NCBI GenBank assembly: GCA_951406725.2
Contig: OX597822.1
Location: 17,546,001-17,610,000 of the forward strand
Reading direction: 5' to 3'
DNA from: Octopus vulgaris
Lineage: Eukaryota
DNA: 64,000 bases
Part shown: positions 26,491 through 39,127 of the stretch, piece by piece
Numbering within the stretch: position 1 is the stretch's first letter
Layout of the letters: the number at the start of each line of letters is the position of its first letter
Notes under the pieces: generated by a model
Seen by the model: the letters and a program-made list of their open reading frames with translations, nothing else
Databases searched by the model: none
What the model was told of the DNA's origin: nothing
Position numbers and translations under genes: made by a program

Positions 26491-27565
26491 GAATTTCAAC
26501 TGTTGAATACAATAACACAACAACTTTTTTTTTAATAAATTCTGAAAGCTTTTCACTATTTTATTTTATTATTACGTTTCTGAAATGACTTGGTTCAGAC
26601 CAAAAGCATATCTGCAAAATACATTTTCTCCTTAGTCTGTATTACCTTGGATACTATTCAGATAACTGAGATGAAACTTTGCATAATTTTTACATTAAAA
26701 TTATGAAATGTTTTATCAAAAGAGCTTTTTTAAATTTACTAATCAATTCTTTTGCATGTTTTCTTAGATATGCATCAAAGCAGTATCCCTAGAGTTTCAA
26801 ATTCAAGCATGAAAAACAATCTTTTTTTTTTTTTTTGTAAAGACATGTTTTTGTCATCAACTAGTAACTAAATTAACTCACAGTAGAATTCAAATATTGT
26901 AACAGTATAAAACTAGAAATATGATCAACAGTTTACACTGATGCCATACAGAAGACAACAGAAATAATTAACTGGCATAAAATTACTCACAGATACATTC
27001 TAGCCTCTGACCTGCAGATATGCTGTCTTATCTCTTTACCTTTTATTTTCTATAGCTATTATAATAACCCTTGTTCCCTAGAGTTAGTGAGTTCATGCCA
27101 CTTCCACTAAACTACTAGGCTTTCCTTTGTCATTGTTCTAGTTGCATCCAGTCTCTAAGCTCCTCACTATATGCCTAGTCTCTGTATTCCATAGTGTTGG
27201 CCTGGCAGATATCCACCCCTCCCAACTCATACCTTTCCCTGCAGATATTGATTATAAAGGTTTCAAGAAAAACTACTATGGCATCAATCTCATTGGTCTA
27301 GGGAGGCTTGTAATAACCATGAGCACTGCTCCTTCCTCCAGACCCAGTAAGTATATAACAAAAAGAGAAAAAATACTGAGAATCACTTCAAACTGTCATT
27401 TTAAAGTAATTATAACTTTACACTCAAAAGAATGAAAAGTTTATTGGGTGGAAGCTGTCTTCATTGGAGTAGGGTCAAATTAGAAATACCTTTATTTTCA
27501 TAAATGTAATTCACTTTAGTTTACTTATTTTAAGGATCTCTCTAAATAATGCAGCATTAACTTAC

Positions 27566-27610
27566 CTGTTTGTGCAATTAGTTCCAGTTTGGTGCCATTA
27601 CACCACAGTT
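27566..27610 (-). other. Candidate 45-nt 5'UTR exon of the host gene
   Basis: Acceptor catatcgctaactttag and consensus donor CAG|gtaagt. Contains the mini-uORF MAPNWN*. Confidence 0.5.
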
Positions 27611-30600
27611 CTAAAGTTAGCGATATGAGAGATAATTTCATTTTGACTTTGTAAATCAGCCCCATCAGACTTTTTTCTATGGTATGAATTTTTTTTTTAT
27701 TTGTGATTAAAATTTGAATAGAAATTCACCAATTAAGTAGTGCATGATGTATAATGAGTTAGGCAGCATTGCTTCAACTGTTTTGGGAGTGGAGCCTAGA
27801 AAGCAAAAGTAATAATCACAGGAAGACATAATATAGTTTGGTTGCTATGATACATTTAAGCTAATATAGACCATAATGTAACATAAAACATTTTTGTTCT
27901 CACTATACTGTAAAGTGTTTACCCAAACAAAGCTATAGTTGGAAGAAGTCTTTAAACTCCAGAAGCTTTTTCATTTGAATAAGCAAGTACCTAAAATAGT
28001 AAATAACTTAAATAACATTGATCATCTAACCATTACACTGAATGACAAAATATACTAAAAATATTAAGTGTGTGAAGCATGCAATGCTACCATATGAATG
28101 TTCTAGTGAGAAAACAATAATTTATTCAGGTGTGATCATGTCAAAGTTATTCATAGGTACTACTTGGGTATTATGATCATTCGTTTTAAATTTCATTTTC
28201 TTCATGTCAGCAAGGGTTAGTGAAGGAGCACATGCTGTTGAAGCTTTCTTTATGGTCACGTTTTGAACTTGGGAATTTTTTTTTTTGTTCCACACATCTT
28301 TGAAAGTGGAGAGCTTCAGACAATTTACAAAGTTCCCCACTTGTAGCTCAGTGCTATTTTCATGAGAGCATAGAATATAAACATTCACACAGACATGCAC
28401 ATATATATACAATGGCCTTTGTACAGTTTCTGTCTACCAAATTTACCCACAAGGCATTGGTTAGTACCAGGCTACAGAGTAAGGTACCTGCACAAGGTAC
28501 ATACAGTGGGTCTGAACTTCTCAAATATGCTGCTATGCCTTCATGTAATGACAAAATGTAGTCCATCGATATACTTCTTAAATCATTTGTATCACAAAAC
28601 AATTTGCTTTTTTGGGATTAAACTAATGTTATTGATCTAATTTTATTAGCTGGAAAGACATACTGATAAGATGTATTAGAATCACTGTTCATACATAGTA
28701 AAACATCATAATATGATTTCTGTTCTTTTATTCTTTGGACAGTTGTATTGCTGATGTAATATGCCACTAAGAATTGTATATTTTGAGATGGAATGAAGCT
28801 CTCATTAGATAGAATTGGTTTTGCTTGGGTAAAGAAATCATTGCAGTTTTTAAGTTATTTTTAAATAGTTTAATAAAAAAGGCTCTTCAATGTGTAGTAT
28901 TTTGTGGAAATGTAAGCATTACTTAATCAAACGTAATTTTAATAAATTGTTTTCTGACTTTTTTTTTTAATCAATTTTGAATTAAAAAATTTCAATATAA
29001 TACTTGGAAGAACAACTACTGCAAATTGACTACTCTTTTACAAAATCATTTTGAAAATTTTTATTCAAGGTACAATATACATACACATATATCATATTGC
29101 ACTAATTCTACCAAATCTAGGTAATACACATATTTTCAATCATTAAATGTTCCAAACACTTTGTTTTGTAAAAACTGTTAGTGCAAAGGTGATGAGAACT
29201 ACTTCAACATAAATGAAAACAAGTTAATATTTATTCATTTTGGACTGATATACTTCATCTTCACAAACAACTTTGCAAAGTTCAAAACAAACACTACTTA
29301 TATCTTCTGGAAACAGAATTTATTCACTCATTCCATACACACCACAAAACCATTTATCTTCTGAAATGCTTTACTTCCATTACCAGCTTATGCTACTCAT
29401 ACATTTGAAGTGTGTTAGTATATAAAATTATTGGATTACAAAAAAATACACACATACTCCACTTTTTACATTGTATAAGCAATATTGAATTTTACTAACT
29501 CTTCTTCATTGATACTAAAGCTTTGTCAAGAATTATCCATTTGGAAAGATTATTTATTGTATGTCTTTTATACAAGTCACAGCTTCTATGCATTTACTTT
29601 TTTTTTTTTGCCTTTCCTTCATTTGGCTTTATTATTACATACAAGCATGGAATATTTTCTTCACCCAGTGGATTTCCTAACTCTTCAAAAGACCCCAGTT
29701 AGATATTCGTAAAACCATGAATTGTACCCAGTACAAAACAACTTTATCCAATATAGCAAATACTAATAAATGTATTTGAAGAAAAAAAGAAATCATTTAC
29801 AAAAGCTATTATCTTTAACACAGTCCACAAAGTAGAACAGTTGCTAATGTGATTTCCTCAACATTTATATTTCATGCACATATCTTTGTAAAAAATGATT
29901 ATTCCAAGTACCTTTGAAAACTATTCTAAAAGCACTTCATGAAAAATGTAACAGTGGGGGAGAATCACTTTATCAATGAAACAGTTTTACATGCAATTGG
30001 TTTTTCAGACATATAATACTTATCAATATACTTTGCTAAAGAAGAAAAAGAAAAGATAGAAGGAGAGAGAGATGAACACCAGGAAAAAAAAATCAGTGAG
30101 GTAGTGTTAATAACTCAATTAAAATCATCATTAGAGAAACAAACAAAGGTTTCTTGATTAGTATTAAAGCTTTAGAGTTATGAGGAAGAGAAATAGAAAA
30201 TGACAGTTATGTCATTCATCAAGGGCATTACCAGAATAAATTGAACAATTCCTGCTTCCAGTCAAAATCAGTTGCAGACTTTGACAGAATGTTTATGAGC
30301 TACATACAATATTTACTGTGCACAATGAAGGATTGACATTACCTAGTAGTGTGATTAGGACTAAATCAATGGTTTTATGGAGGAGGGTTTAATCTTAGTT
30401 CTAACCATACCCAGCATTCTCAAAAACAAAACAAATAAAAATGCAACTTAACAGATATTTATATTAAATAGTAATCTTACAATTTGAATAACTTTTCTAG
30501 GTGAACACAGCACTGTTATAAGGTCACTGAAAAAACCACTAACTTTTGAAACACAAACTAAGAAATATCAAGAGAAAGAAAAGAAAAAAATAGAACCTCA

Positions 30601-30666
30601 CACTTTATCAATCCTCTACTGTAATATGATATTCTGTTTAGTATGTGGAGTACTGCAAATTATGTA

Positions 30667-30739
30667 GGCTGGTTAGCTCAGTTAGTTAGAACATCATGCT
30701 AATAACATGAATGCCATGTGTCCAAGCCCATACTTGCCA
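30667..30739 (+). pseudogene. tRNA-Ile(AAT) pseudogene
   Basis: ggctggttagctcagttagttagaacatcatgctAATaacatgaatgccatgtgtccaagcccatacttgcca is colinear with the metazoan tRNA-Ile(AAT) pattern GGCCGGTTAGCTCAGTTGGTTAGAGCGTGGTGCTAATAAC...GGCCA. T-loop and stems are mutated. Confidence 0.8.
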
Positions 30740-30753
30740 ACACATTTTGTGTG

Positions 30754-31085
30754 AAGGTGCATGGCTTAGTGTTTAGAGCATCAGGCTCACAATTATGAGG
30801 CAGTGAGTTAGATTCTTGGACCAGGCTGTGTTTTGTGTTCTTGAGCAAGACACTTTAAATCATGCTGTTCCACTTCACTCACTTGTAGAGATGAGTTGTA
30901 ATGTCACTGGTGCCAAGCTGTATTGGCCTTTGCTTCTCCCTTGGATAAAATCTGTGGTACGGGGAGGGGAGGCTGATATGCATGGGTGACTGCTGATCTT
31001 CTGTAAACAGCCTCCTCTGGACTTGTGTCTCAGAGATTTACTTTCTAGTGCAATCCCATGGTCATTCATGTCCGAAGGGGGTATT
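30754..31085 (+). mobile_element. SINE family B copy
   Basis: aggtgcatggcttagtgtttagagc...tgtgttcttgagcaagacactt. The 3' half matches 54135-54455 in reverse. Confidence 0.75.
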
Positions 31086-33868
31086 TTATGTGGAGTACTG
31101 TAGCAGGTCAAGATAAGAAAGTGAAATTATATTAGCTGAAAGGTAACAGGTCATGTCTCATCTCTGTTATTCACATTAAAACATTACCTTTAATGAGTAC
31201 ATCAAGTTATAAAACAAGCATTACAAGGACACCATATATTTGGCTTTTACTACATATTTTATACTTTCTGATTATGTGTGCATGGAAAAAAAAGTGCACT
31301 TTTTATCCAAACGGAAAAGTTAGGAGTAAATATTCAACACCCTTGAAAATCTAAAAACAAGATAATAACAAATCAATTTTAGAAACTTGGAGCATGATTG
31401 AATCTATCACAAAGTTGCTCATTTTTGTAACTTTGGGCAGTTTTCACAAAGTATTCTTCAACAACTTACTTCTTCACAACCCAAATGATTCACTAAAAAC
31501 ACAAGCAGATTAAACAGTGGGTTGAATAATTCATCAACTAATTCACACCTGTCAGCCATCTTACACATCCTCTCCCAAAAGCTTCATAAATACACTGTAT
31601 TTTGTATATTCCAAGGTTAAGTGGAATTCTCACTCCTCCTCACATTAACTAGTTGAACCTTTAACCTTAATAATTCAATATCTCTACAGCGTTTTTTTTC
31701 TTTTTTTGTGTTCCTTTTCAAGCATTTGACAACAGTGTTTTCATATAATGTTAGCATAATCAAATCCTGTTTTTCATCCTTCTGAAATCAATAAAATATG
31801 TACCAATCAATATTGAGTTGGAGTGGAATATAATCAACTGTTCTTTTCCCAAAATTTGTGGCCTTGTGCCTAATTTAGAAATCAATACTCATTAATCAAT
31901 AGTGGTACTCTAGTATGGTCACACAACCCACTAAAAGAGTAACTCAGTTAAATGGATGTGAAGCTTGCATCATTTTCAGACTTATGATAGAATAAACCAA
32001 TCTTTTATATTCATATTTTTATAACAGCTCTAATTTAATTTGCTTCTTATGATACCTCACTATGCTTTGTGTGTATGAGGTCAGATCTCCCATATTCATT
32101 TCATGCAACTACTGTGACCTTCGCTGGAAGGCTAAATGCTTGCTATCACATGTCCAAAGCAAAACATCCAGATTAGCTTAGAGAAAGTGTATAATCCAGC
32201 TTATAGTAATGATAAATTGCTTAAAAAAATCAATGTTAATGAAATACTGTGTGCAAATTGGACTACATATTTCTAGACAACATTCCATTCTTTTTTTACT
32301 TTTAATATAAAATTGCTAGTAGTCATTTTATAGAATCTGTTCAATTAAAACTTGTAAAGACATTAAAATCAATATTCATACATAGTATTGTTTATAGTTA
32401 TGAAGCACCCACAACAACAATCAATCAATCAAGCTCAAGCAAAGCTAATTAGATATTGATCAATGGTTAAGGTAACAAAATATAGTTGTTTCTACTAATT
32501 AACAACTAACTAGTTGTTGTCAGGGATGTTTTCAGAAAATACCAGACGTTCTGTTTGCAATTTGAAATTTTTGTTCAAATAGCCACTATATGCTACATTA
32601 ATAATCTGTTATAACATTTCCATATTAATGAAAAATAATAAAATTTAAAAAAAACAAAATATTTTTGTTTTAATTTTCAATCAGTTATTAAATGAACCAT
32701 TTGACATCTAAAATTTCAGATATATTTCAAATTATTTTCATATTTATAGCAAACTATCCAAAATCAGATTTAATATATTTTAAAGAGCTACAAGTTGATT
32801 ACTTGTACAAGAACTAAAAATTATACAATATATTATATTTATATATATATATATATATATATATAATTCTCTTTAATCATGAAATTAAATGGAAATAAAA
32901 AACTTTAATGTTTTTACTACAAAAACAACAAAAACTTGTAAACCTCATGTTGACTTTCTCAGTAGTACATATTCGTTACATTTTAACAAGAATAATTTGG
33001 CAGGCAATAAAATATATACTTACACAAAATAAAATTTAACATCAGTTTATCTCAAAATAAATGATGTTTAATGTTATAATTATATACATTAACTGCCATC
33101 CAGACCTTTCTGAAATCACATCAGATAACCTTAATTTTTTTTTTTTTTTTCCCCATGAAATTCAATGACTTACTACCAATTTTGAAAATAGCAACAATTA
33201 TTAATTAAATTTTTCAATAAAGTCAGCTAAAGTTAAAAACCATCTCAAATAACTAATATTCTGCCACCATTAAGAAAATACAATAATTTTTCTTGTTTTT
33301 ATTCAATAGCAATATTGAGCAAATGTGGAAGATCATGCTGAATATATATTTAATATCTTACAGATAGGCATAAAACATAAAATCAGTTAATGAAATAAAA
33401 ATAGTTGGATATTTTCAATATTCTGTGAAATCATTTAAATAAGTCTATGTAAATTTTTGGTCCTAAATCTGATGATATTAGACATAAGCATAATCTTCTG
33501 TCAAATAGAGAGCAACTGGCCCCCTAAAACCACATATCTAAAGCCTATGGAGCATGAGTACTTTTAAATATGCTTGTACAGTTTCATTTTCTATTCTATA
33601 TGAACTGTGAATACTGTGCATAAATTATTCCTAGTTTTCTATATGCTTGACTGTGATGTGCTAGTTATATTTAATATTCTTGAATGTTGCTTATAAAAAG
33701 AACATTAGGTACATGCTACTTTTAATTTATGGAACTAGTTCATGTCAGGCAGAAGTAGTCAAAAAACAACAGTTAAAGAGAGCAGCAAATGAGTCTTGGT
33801 ATGCTAAAAAGCAAAGCGTATGTAGATATAATTTTAACAAAAAACAGGATGAGGCATATGGATAATTA

Positions 33869-35389
33869 CACCCAGAACCACGCTAATAGCTTAAGAGTGA
33901 AACTTAGAATTTCTTGGTTTTCTGTGAATTGGTTTTGATAAAACTTTTTCCAGCTGGTTTGCAAACTATAGCAACACCATTGTTATGTTTTCATTATTCT
34001 GTGTAACATCCTTTCTTTTTTATTTCAGATTCTTCAGTTTTTTGGTGAACCACGCTAATAGCATCTCTTCTCTCTAAGAACAATGTGACATGGAAAAGGC
34101 CTTAACAATGGAGAAAAGTCTGTCATCATCAAGGAAAGTGCTAAAGGCACCTCTCTTCATGTTATTGCTGAAAAGTTAGGTCATCATGTGGACATGGTTA
34201 GACAATTCCTGAAGGACCCTTTGCCAATGAAGGAATGAGCCAATTGTGGGACCTCCAAGACTGAGTGCAAGTTACATGGGAAACCTGGACAAACAAGCAA
34301 AGCCATTTTCACTGGTTCTGGACTTCCTCAAGTCCCGAAAGCCACCAGAAATCACATCCTCGGGACCATGGCGTCTGTGCAAGGACCCCTGAAACTGCCT
34401 CCTTTAACACTCTGTCACAGAAATTTGAGGCTTCAATGGGCCCAAAAGTATAGACATTAGACATTAGTAGTGTTCTGTTCACTGACAAAACCAGGGCAAC
34501 CCTTGATGGACTTGAGAGTTGGGCAAATGGTTGGGTCTATTTTGGAGATGAGTGTCACCAACGTTTATGACATCAAAAACAGGGTGGAGTCATGTTGTGG
34601 GCTGGTATCATTGGGGACAGATTTGTTGGCTAAGTCAGGGTGAGCCTAAAGGGGTTAAAGTGACTGCAGCCACCTACTGCAATCTCCTGAAGGAGGTCTT
34701 GGATCCCTGGCTAGATGACATGCCACTGTCACTTCTAAGGAATTTCTTATTCATGCATGACAACACTCCCTCCCACTCTGCTAGGACCACCCAAACATTA
34801 CTAGGGTCTTATGGCATTCAAGGTAAAAGGTTGATGGTGTGACTGCCTGCATCTCCAGATCTCAACCCTATCGAAAATCGTTGGTCCATCGTTAATCAAG
34901 ATGTTTATGTTGATAGATGCCAATTTACATCAAAAGATGTCTTATGGGCGACCATCAAAGCTGCAGCTGAGGCAGTCCAGCCTGCTACTATTAAGAAATT
35001 GACAGATTCCATGGCTAATGGGGTTCTTGAAGTTATCCGTGGAAATGGCGCTCATGTGGATAAATAATTCATTATGTCAATAAATGCTATAATATTATTA
35101 TGGTCTTCTGTTAAACATATTACTCAAAGTATGCTTAATATGTATCATTACTCTTCATTTTCTTTAAAAAATGTTTAGATTGTCTATTTTCATTCAAAAG
35201 CTATTAATATAGTTCACTCAAAAACTGAAGAATCTGAAATAAAAAAAGGACGTTACACAGCATAATGAAACATAACAATGGTGATGTCGTAGTGTGCAGA
35301 CCAGCTGGGAAAAGTTTTATTGAAATTGATTCACAGAATACCAAGAAATCTTACATTTTACTCCTAAGCTATTAGCTTGGTTCTGGGTG
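33869..35389 (+). mobile_element. Tc1/mariner DNA transposon, DD37E type, full length but decayed
   Basis: TA TSD at 33867-33868 and 35390-35391. About 190-bp imperfect TIRs beginning CACCCAGAACC. Transposase relics LFTDKTRATLDGLESW and FMHDNTPSHSAR...V*LPASPDLNPIENRW, with 37 residues between D and E. Confidence 0.92.
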
Positions 35390-37639
35390 TACAATGAAGA
35401 AATTTCAAACTTCATGTATGTAATTATTGAACATTGTATAGTAATGATGAGCTGAATTTGCTAAGCAGGTTTCTGAAAAAATTGCTAGATATTTTGTACT
35501 TGTCATAAAAAGAACTGGCTCCATGTAAAAAGCACTCAGTATACTCTGTACAGTGGTTGGCTCTAGAAAGGGCAACCAACTGTAGAAATCATGCCAAAAC
35601 AGACAAATATCTGACACTGGTGGTAATAGAAAGACACGTAATTTCTTTACTTTTTTAAGCTGCTTTAGTCATCATGCATTCTTATGGTTCTAACATTTCC
35701 ATTCTTTATGGTTTGTGAGATGTGTGCATAATTGAATGAAGGAGTCTGGATCCATGTTTAAATTGGAAAGACTACTGTGTAGCTTAGGGATAGAAAGGAT
35801 AGATTTTTTCTTGGGTGTTAGAATGGCTATCATTTTGTAATTTTGCTTGTTTCTGGAAATTTAACTGTGTCAATAGGTGCTGGTTCTCTTTTGAGCTATT
35901 TCTGACCTTAAGACTTGAGTTTCAGCATTTACCTATTGCTTTATCATTGTCTAAAGAGTGGGATGGATCAAATTCAGGGCAGAGGTGTTCAAGTATATAT
36001 CTTGCTTTTTTTTTTCTGCTTTTATCTTTGGTTGTCTTTAGGGAGTCCTTTTTTTGATAGGTGTTTGATAAAAGAGCTTGCCTATTGTTAGAAGGCCAGT
36101 ATGTTACTTGATATAACCATGTGATGTAGTACAGTTGTTATTTAGATAACAGTTGCTTCTAATTATATTGTACTTTTTTTTAACATTGTAGTTTCATTTG
36201 AATACATACATTTTTGTAAGTTTTATGCTTTCCTTTTGTTTTTTTTTATTTTTTCTAATTTTAAGTTAAGTTGCTTGATACTGAATTTCCAATGTGTTTT
36301 GTTATGTTTGAAATTGTGCCTGGCTTTTATCAGATGCGTTATCTCAGTTGTGTAATTGGCAATAAATATTTTTTAGGTTGCCTTATAAGAAAGTTTGTTT
36401 TTATTTGTTGCTTTCTTTTTGGCTGAGAGTTTTTAGCATTATTTTGTTGAGCAACATGTATTGCAAAAGCTATGTTAGGATCACTGAATTCTACAAACTG
36501 TAATTGCTGGAAGAGTTTCCACTGATTCTTTGTTAAACTTTGTGGAAAATGCTTTTCCTTTGTTGTATGTTGCAATAATGAGTTATATAGGTTGTCAGAG
36601 TTGAGTTGGGGGATTGTTTGTCACATTGTTGTAGTAGCTAAGAGTACAGCAGGAATTATAGTTAATGTGGTGAGTTATGTGTGGTAGTGTGTTCCTAGTA
36701 GGGCTTTGTATGAGAATGTCAGTTTTTGAATGAACTACCTAGACAGTTGGTAGTATTATGCATATTGTATGAATAAATGAGTTTCATATCATTAATTTTT
36801 ATTTTGAATATTTGCATATCTTGTGCATTGTCAGACCTCAGAAGTGTTTGAAAGTTAGCTGAGCTAGGTATTAAATATATGTTATGAGACTTTCACAATG
36901 TTTGGCCCATGTGCCTCACTGAAGTGTAATGAATAATAGAAGATCTTTTAAGATTACAGCTTTCTTGTATTATTGCAAAGTAAATTTCTTATGACAGTTT
37001 CATAAAAGTGTATTTAATGTTGTTAGAGTTGTAATTACAAAATCACTATCTTTTTTACTTTTCGTGCTATGATAGACAGTGAACATTGGCTACCTTGCTT
37101 AGTGTTGTTTAGCTCTGTTAGAGAAGATACACTTATGATCAAAAGCTAGTCTGGCTATGCTCTAATCAAATCTGGATTGTCAAATGTGTACTCTCATACA
37201 ATGATAGGATGTAGTTTGAGGGAAATTTGGCTGCTATCACTAAGGAATCAAGCAACTATGTAGCAGCTCTTTCAAGTTTTTTCACAGCTCTTGGACTACG
37301 TGGCATGATAGTTGCCAGTATGGGAAACTTTTACAGAAAAAGAATGGTGATACGTCTGGTCTTCTGTGTTGTGATATGGAATGAATTTTGGTGTAAGAAT
37401 GCATTAGCCTCAAACTCTTGTGTTTTTAACATTTTTAATGTCTCCCTGCATAGAGTTACTTTACCTGCAAATGTTTTTCACAATTGATGTTGATCGATTT
37501 GTAACCATTCAATCGGTAGGCCAGAAGTGATATCTTTTCTTTCGGATTTTTCTATTTCTAGAACCTCCTGACTTATGACACAGTATGACATTCAGATATC
37601 ACTCACAACTAATTTCTTAGCAAAACAATAATGCAGTAC

Positions 37640-37830
37640 ATCTATTGCATTGTTCTATTAGCTACACTGTGATATACGAGAAGAGGATTTTATTCAAAAC
37701 CCAAAGCAAATTGGTGGTGTTGGTGTCACATTCAAATAGCTTGAAGGAAAAATGCACATTGCAGGGCACAAAATGGATGTTTGATGGATTCTCTGGATGC
37801 AGAAAGTGACAGAATAACCTCAACATTGTT
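37640..37830 (+). pseudogene. Fossil Merlin/IS1595-like transposase fragment
   Basis: Translation CDIREEDFIQNPKQIGGVGVT(fs)QI..GTKWMFDG resembles the Merlin motifs KIGGxGxxVEIDE and WVFGG. Stops and frameshifts present. Confidence 0.5.
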
Positions 37831-38959
37831 GTCAGAAAGAACTTTTGAAAGCAATATCTTGGGCTTCATACAAAACAATCAATCAATAGCACAGCTACAC
37901 CTCCCCGTCTCCCAGGCGAAAGAGCAACCCACCTTTTTTTTCTTGATAGTCTATCATTTAGAATGTCTTGCTCCACCACACATTTCTGTTAAGACATTAA
38001 GGTGTAGTTTAAGGAAGATTTGGCTTATCACTCAAGTAAACCAAATGTCTGCTTAGAGATATCCGACGCACCACTACCACCACACAACATAACTTGAAAG
38101 AGCAAGGTAAATGGCAATAAAGGCACAGGTAAAAATGGTACAATAAGCTTACTGAAATATACACTATTGGCAAAAGAAGTAGAATAAAGTTTTTATGTAT
38201 GTATGTATGTGTTTATATGACACTATGTATAAAGTCACCATCTATATATATATTTATATGTATAAAATACAGTTATATTGAGATAGCTAGTAATAACAAT
38301 ACTCAAAATATAATACAGACTGGAGTTGCAGTGCTCCAAATGAGCTATATTCCATTTCTTAATTAGAGTGGAGCCAATGCGAGCAGTAACTAAAGGAAAA
38401 TTACTAAAATCCACACACAACGATCAAATACATACATATATTCATATATTCATTTATATCTACAGAACAGATATAAAATCCAACGTATAAAAATATAATA
38501 ATATATATAAATAAACATCATATAATATATATAAATATATAAGAATCAGTGCTACATACAAAACACGGTGAATTTACGCTTAAAGTTATAAAACATTGGT
38601 AAATTAAAAATTTGGGATAATACAACATATAAAGGACATTTTAAAATGACGTATTAAAATTTCAGAAAAAATAAAAATACAAAACTTATAAAATTTTTCA
38701 TCTACGGGCCGTTTCGGAGACGCGCCAATTAATATAATACATTTCATATATTCAAAACTGACACTCCCCTCATCTTGATGAGCTGCAGTTTGTTGATGTA
38801 GTTTGATTTCTTTATCCATCACTTTCTACTAAGATAAAGACGCGAGTAAAATTAATAATAGAAAAACGAAAATAAAACTTTGAAAATGGCCTAAAGGGAG
38901 ATAATTGAGAAAGACTTGAGAGTCAACGTAAGATCGTAATCATTTAAAGTAAATATAAC

Positions 38960-39127
38960 AAATAATCCAGAATCCTTGTTTGGTACTGGTTCGATCCCAA
39001 AATCTAATCAGTTCGTGCCAGTCATGAGGCCAAACATCTCTGAAAGTTTCATCCAAATCCTGTCCACGCACAAACAAATAAACACGACTGAAAACAATAC
39101 CTCTGCCTTCACTAAGGCGGAGATAAT
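38960..39127 (+). mobile_element. Helentron/HINE (DINE-1-like) non-autonomous 3' fragment
   Basis: aaaatctaatcagttc...aaagtttcatccaaatc...aaaacaatacctctgccttcactaaggcggagataat, ending in a terminal hairpin. Confidence 0.55.

Noticed and set aside
35650-37000. Possible very old Penelope-like coding relic on the minus strand (FLIRQPKK)
   Set aside because: There is only one weak motif, too degraded to support a call by eye.
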